From assembly GCA_002269645.1 (NCBI GenBank), contig NIVC01001095.1, forward strand, positions 1 through 64,000: 64,000 nt of DNA. The letters are read 5' to 3'. Below are positions 61,100 to 64,000 of this stretch, one piece after another (within the stretch, counting starts at the first letter, position 1; every line of letters begins with the position of its first letter). The position numbers were made by a program, and so were the translations under genes. This stretch comes from Macrostomum lignano (lineage: Eukaryota). Under the pieces are notes generated by a model. It saw only the letters and a program-made list of their open reading frames with translations. It ran no database searches and was not told where the DNA came from.

Positions 61100-61445
61100 G
61101 GCAGGATGCTGCGCGCACCCTGGCGCACTTTAAGCGACATTGTCACACAAACGGCGAGAGGCATTACTGCCCATTCCGCCGACTCCCCTGAGCAGGCACA
61201 GAAGCGCGCGGATACGTACTACGCAGTCATACTCGTACGCACAGGCACACACTCACACAGGAGTGCACAGCGGCCCTAACTTTATTTATCGTTAGGCATG
61301 TACACTTACTACACTGTGCCTTGGGGGTTGGTCTTCAAGGCTGTTAATTGCACGAGCAGAGCCAAGCCGATATTCCAATTCAGCCCGAAATTAATGTGAC
61401 TCATGCACTTGGAATCGAGCCTGGGCCGCTCTGAGCTACACTTGC
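61100..61445 (-). mobile_element. SINE-like repeat, copy 3
   Basis: Reverse-complement similarity to 18915-19250, including GGAATCGAGCCTGGGCCGCT. Confidence 0.78.
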
Positions 61446-62079
61446 CCGATGGTAAGATTGAGAAAGCCACGGAGTTCAAAGGGAAATCTTGACGCCTGGC
61501 CAAAAAGATGTGTTAAACAATTTCAGTTTAGCTTTGACTTGTCTACTGTGTTCGTCAGCTATAAGAATAGTATAAAGGAAGACCAAAGCGCTAAGGAGAT
61601 GCCGTTTGTTAAATTTTTGTCAGAGAGGGACAGATAGACAGACAGAGCGATTAGCAGTCCTATTGACGTCGCAGCTGTTTAGGATGGTCCAGGCTTGAAA
61701 GCTGTTTGCGGGGGCCTCTACTGGCTGACTGGAAAGGACTGTGTGCAGCAATGCAGCTTAGAATTGGCTTTTTAGTGTGGTTCTTCATCTTTGCACGGCT
61801 TTGGCTTTTCAGTCAATTTTTTTAGTAATCATTTACGAGACTTACGAGAAGTTTCTCACTGCTAGGAGGTGACTGCTCTTTCTTCTGTCCAGCACAGGGG
61901 CAAGTGCACAAGTTTTAGTTAAAGTCGAAGTTTTCATAAAAAAGTAATGATTAGGGATTTTTCATTTTTTTGTGGTTACCCTTTGCTGCAAGTAACTGCT
62001 TTCACTCTAAATCTCCTCTTGTGTTTCTTCGTTTGCTTCTCTTTCTCTTATTTTAGCTTTCACTAACCTCTGTTTTTGC

Positions 62080-62670
62080 CTTCCTCTATCTACATCTTCA
62101 TCTCCCTCTCTATCTCCATCTACATCTTCATCTCCCTCTCTATCTCCATCTCCATCTTCATCTCCCTCTCTATCTCCATCTCCATCTTCATCTCCCTCTC
62201 TATCTCCATCTACATCTTCATCTCCCTCTCTATCTCCATCTCCATCTTCATCTCCCTCTATTTTCGTCTCTCTAGCTTCATCACCCTCTATCTCCATCTT
62301 CGTCTTCATCTCCCTCTATTTTCATCTCTCTAGCTTCATCTCCCTCTATCTCCATCTCCATCTTCATCTCCCTCTATTTTCATCTCTCTAGTTTCATCAC
62401 CCTCTATCTCCATCTCCATCTTCATCTCCCTCTATTTTCATCTCTCTAGTTTCATCACCCTCTATCTCCATCTTCGTCTTCATCTCCCTCTATTTTCATC
62501 TCTCTAGTTTCATCACCCTCTATCTCCATCTCCATCTTCATCTCCCTCTATTTTCATCTCTCTAGTTTCATCACCCTCTATCTCCATCTTCGTCTTCATC
62601 TCCCTCTCTATCTCCATCTCCCTACTTCATCTCCCTCTCTATCTCCATCTCCCTCTTTACTTCCATTTCC
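62080..62670. repeat. About 30-bp pyrimidine-rich minisatellite
   Basis: CATCTTCATCTCCCTCTCTATCTCCATCT units. Confidence 0.9.
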
Positions 62671-63419
62671 CTTATTCTTCCCTTTAAAAACAATATCGAA
62701 GTGGCAGGTGTTTAAATTTTTTTTAAAGTATTAGTCAGTATTCTCATCTCTTTATATAGTTCGTAAATAGTGCAGCTTGTAAATAAATGAGAGAAAGAGA
62801 CTTCGAACTCAGAATAAGAGCAAGGGGGTGAGACTGGACTCTGAGAGAGAAAAATTCGATTGTGCCACTTGTCGATCCAGAATCCAGTCGCGAAGCTCAT
62901 CTGGCTTTGAAGCACCCGTCTCACGTTGGGGCAGTTTGTTGGCCTCACTTCACTCCGGCATGTGTTTATTACGACAGCAGCAATGATGGAGCCATGCAGC
63001 TGTTGAGTATTCATGAAGTTGGTCCTTTCTCAAGCCGGGGGCGCCCGTATTAGATATTCAATTATTGGCTTTTCCATCAGGAGGGTCCGTGCGCTCTCAA
63101 CTTCAAATAAGTACGTCAATAAAGTTGCGCGGTTATCCAAGGTGACTCGGACTTACTATATTCAATCCTGTGCAGCTTCTTTTCATTTGAAAACTTTGCC
63201 AAAGTTAATAGACTGTGCGAAACTTTACTTTTTAATTGCCAGTCACAATCGATAGTTAATCATTACTTTCTACTAGCAGGCTTTGACTCTTTCAAATGGT
63301 TTTTGTTTCCTTTGAAGTGTTTCCTTTTTGGTAGCAATAGAGACTGACAGTGAGGCGCTGTGAACATTGGAAAACCGAGGGAAGCTAGGTGCAGATAGAC
63401 AGCCGGACCGGGAAACAGG

Positions 63420-64000
63420 GAGACTGAGCGAGAGACACGGAGAGACTGAGCGAGAGACACGGAGAGACTGAGCGAGAGACATGGAGAGACTGAGCGAGAG
63501 ACATGGAGAGACTGAGCGATAGACACGGAGTGACTGAGCGAGAGACATGGAGAGACTGAGCGGGAGACACGGAGAGACTGAGTGGGAGACACGAAGAGAC
63601 TGAGCGAGAGACACGAAGAGACTGGGTGGGAGACACGGAGAGACTGAGCGAGAGACACGGAGAGACTGAGCGAGAGACACGGAGAGACTGAGCGATAGAC
63701 ACGGAGTGACTGAGCGAGAGACATGGAGAGACTGAGCGGGAGACACGGAGAGACTGAGTGGGAGACACGAAGAGACTGAGCGAGAGACACGAAGAGACTG
63801 GGTGGGAGACACGGAGAGACTGAGCGAGAGACACGGAGAGACTGAGCGAGAGACACGGAGAGACTGAGTGGGAGACACGAAGAGACTGAGCGAGAGACAC
63901 GAAGAGACTGAGCGAGAGACACGGAGATACTGAGCGAGAGACACGGAGAGACTGAGCGAGAGACACGGAGAGACTGAGTGGGAGACACGGAGAGACTGAG
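63420..64000. repeat. 22-bp minisatellite
   Basis: GAGACTGAGCGAGAGACACGGA units running to the window end. Confidence 0.95.

Overview
Repeat-rich eukaryotic (animal) genomic DNA; gene style suggests a free-living flatworm, but this is inference only. Host genes: (1) a UBASH3/Sts-like gene on the minus strand, with exons at 20231-19718, 9606-9224 and 2163-1800 joined in compatible phases; (2) an intronless SLC37A4/G6PT-like MFS transporter; (3) an intronless OARD1/TARG1 macrodomain gene; (4) a two-exon, divergent PNPO-family gene; (5) a 1245-codon low-complexity ORF; (6) exon 1 of an ELAV/Hu gene. The most striking element sits in intron 1 of the UBASH3-like gene: a 7,861-bp internally deleted Polinton/Maverick (9713-17573) with 902-bp near-identical TIRs and a 6-bp TSD. 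It encodes a parvovirus-type phospholipase A2 fused in one ORF to an intact retroviral-type integrase, adenovirus pVI-like and pX-like small ORFs, a pPolB truncated before its catalytic core, and two orphan ORFs, but no capsid, ATPase or protease genes. Intron 2 holds an intact 4.26-kb Mutator element with a 9-bp TSD. Also present: a PHD-bearing Mutator deletion derivative, a four-level nest of MITEs (each with its own TSD), two tRNA-derived SINE families and many minisatellites that produce most of the spurious ORFs in the track. All homology calls are from recognition of motifs by eye; no searches were run.
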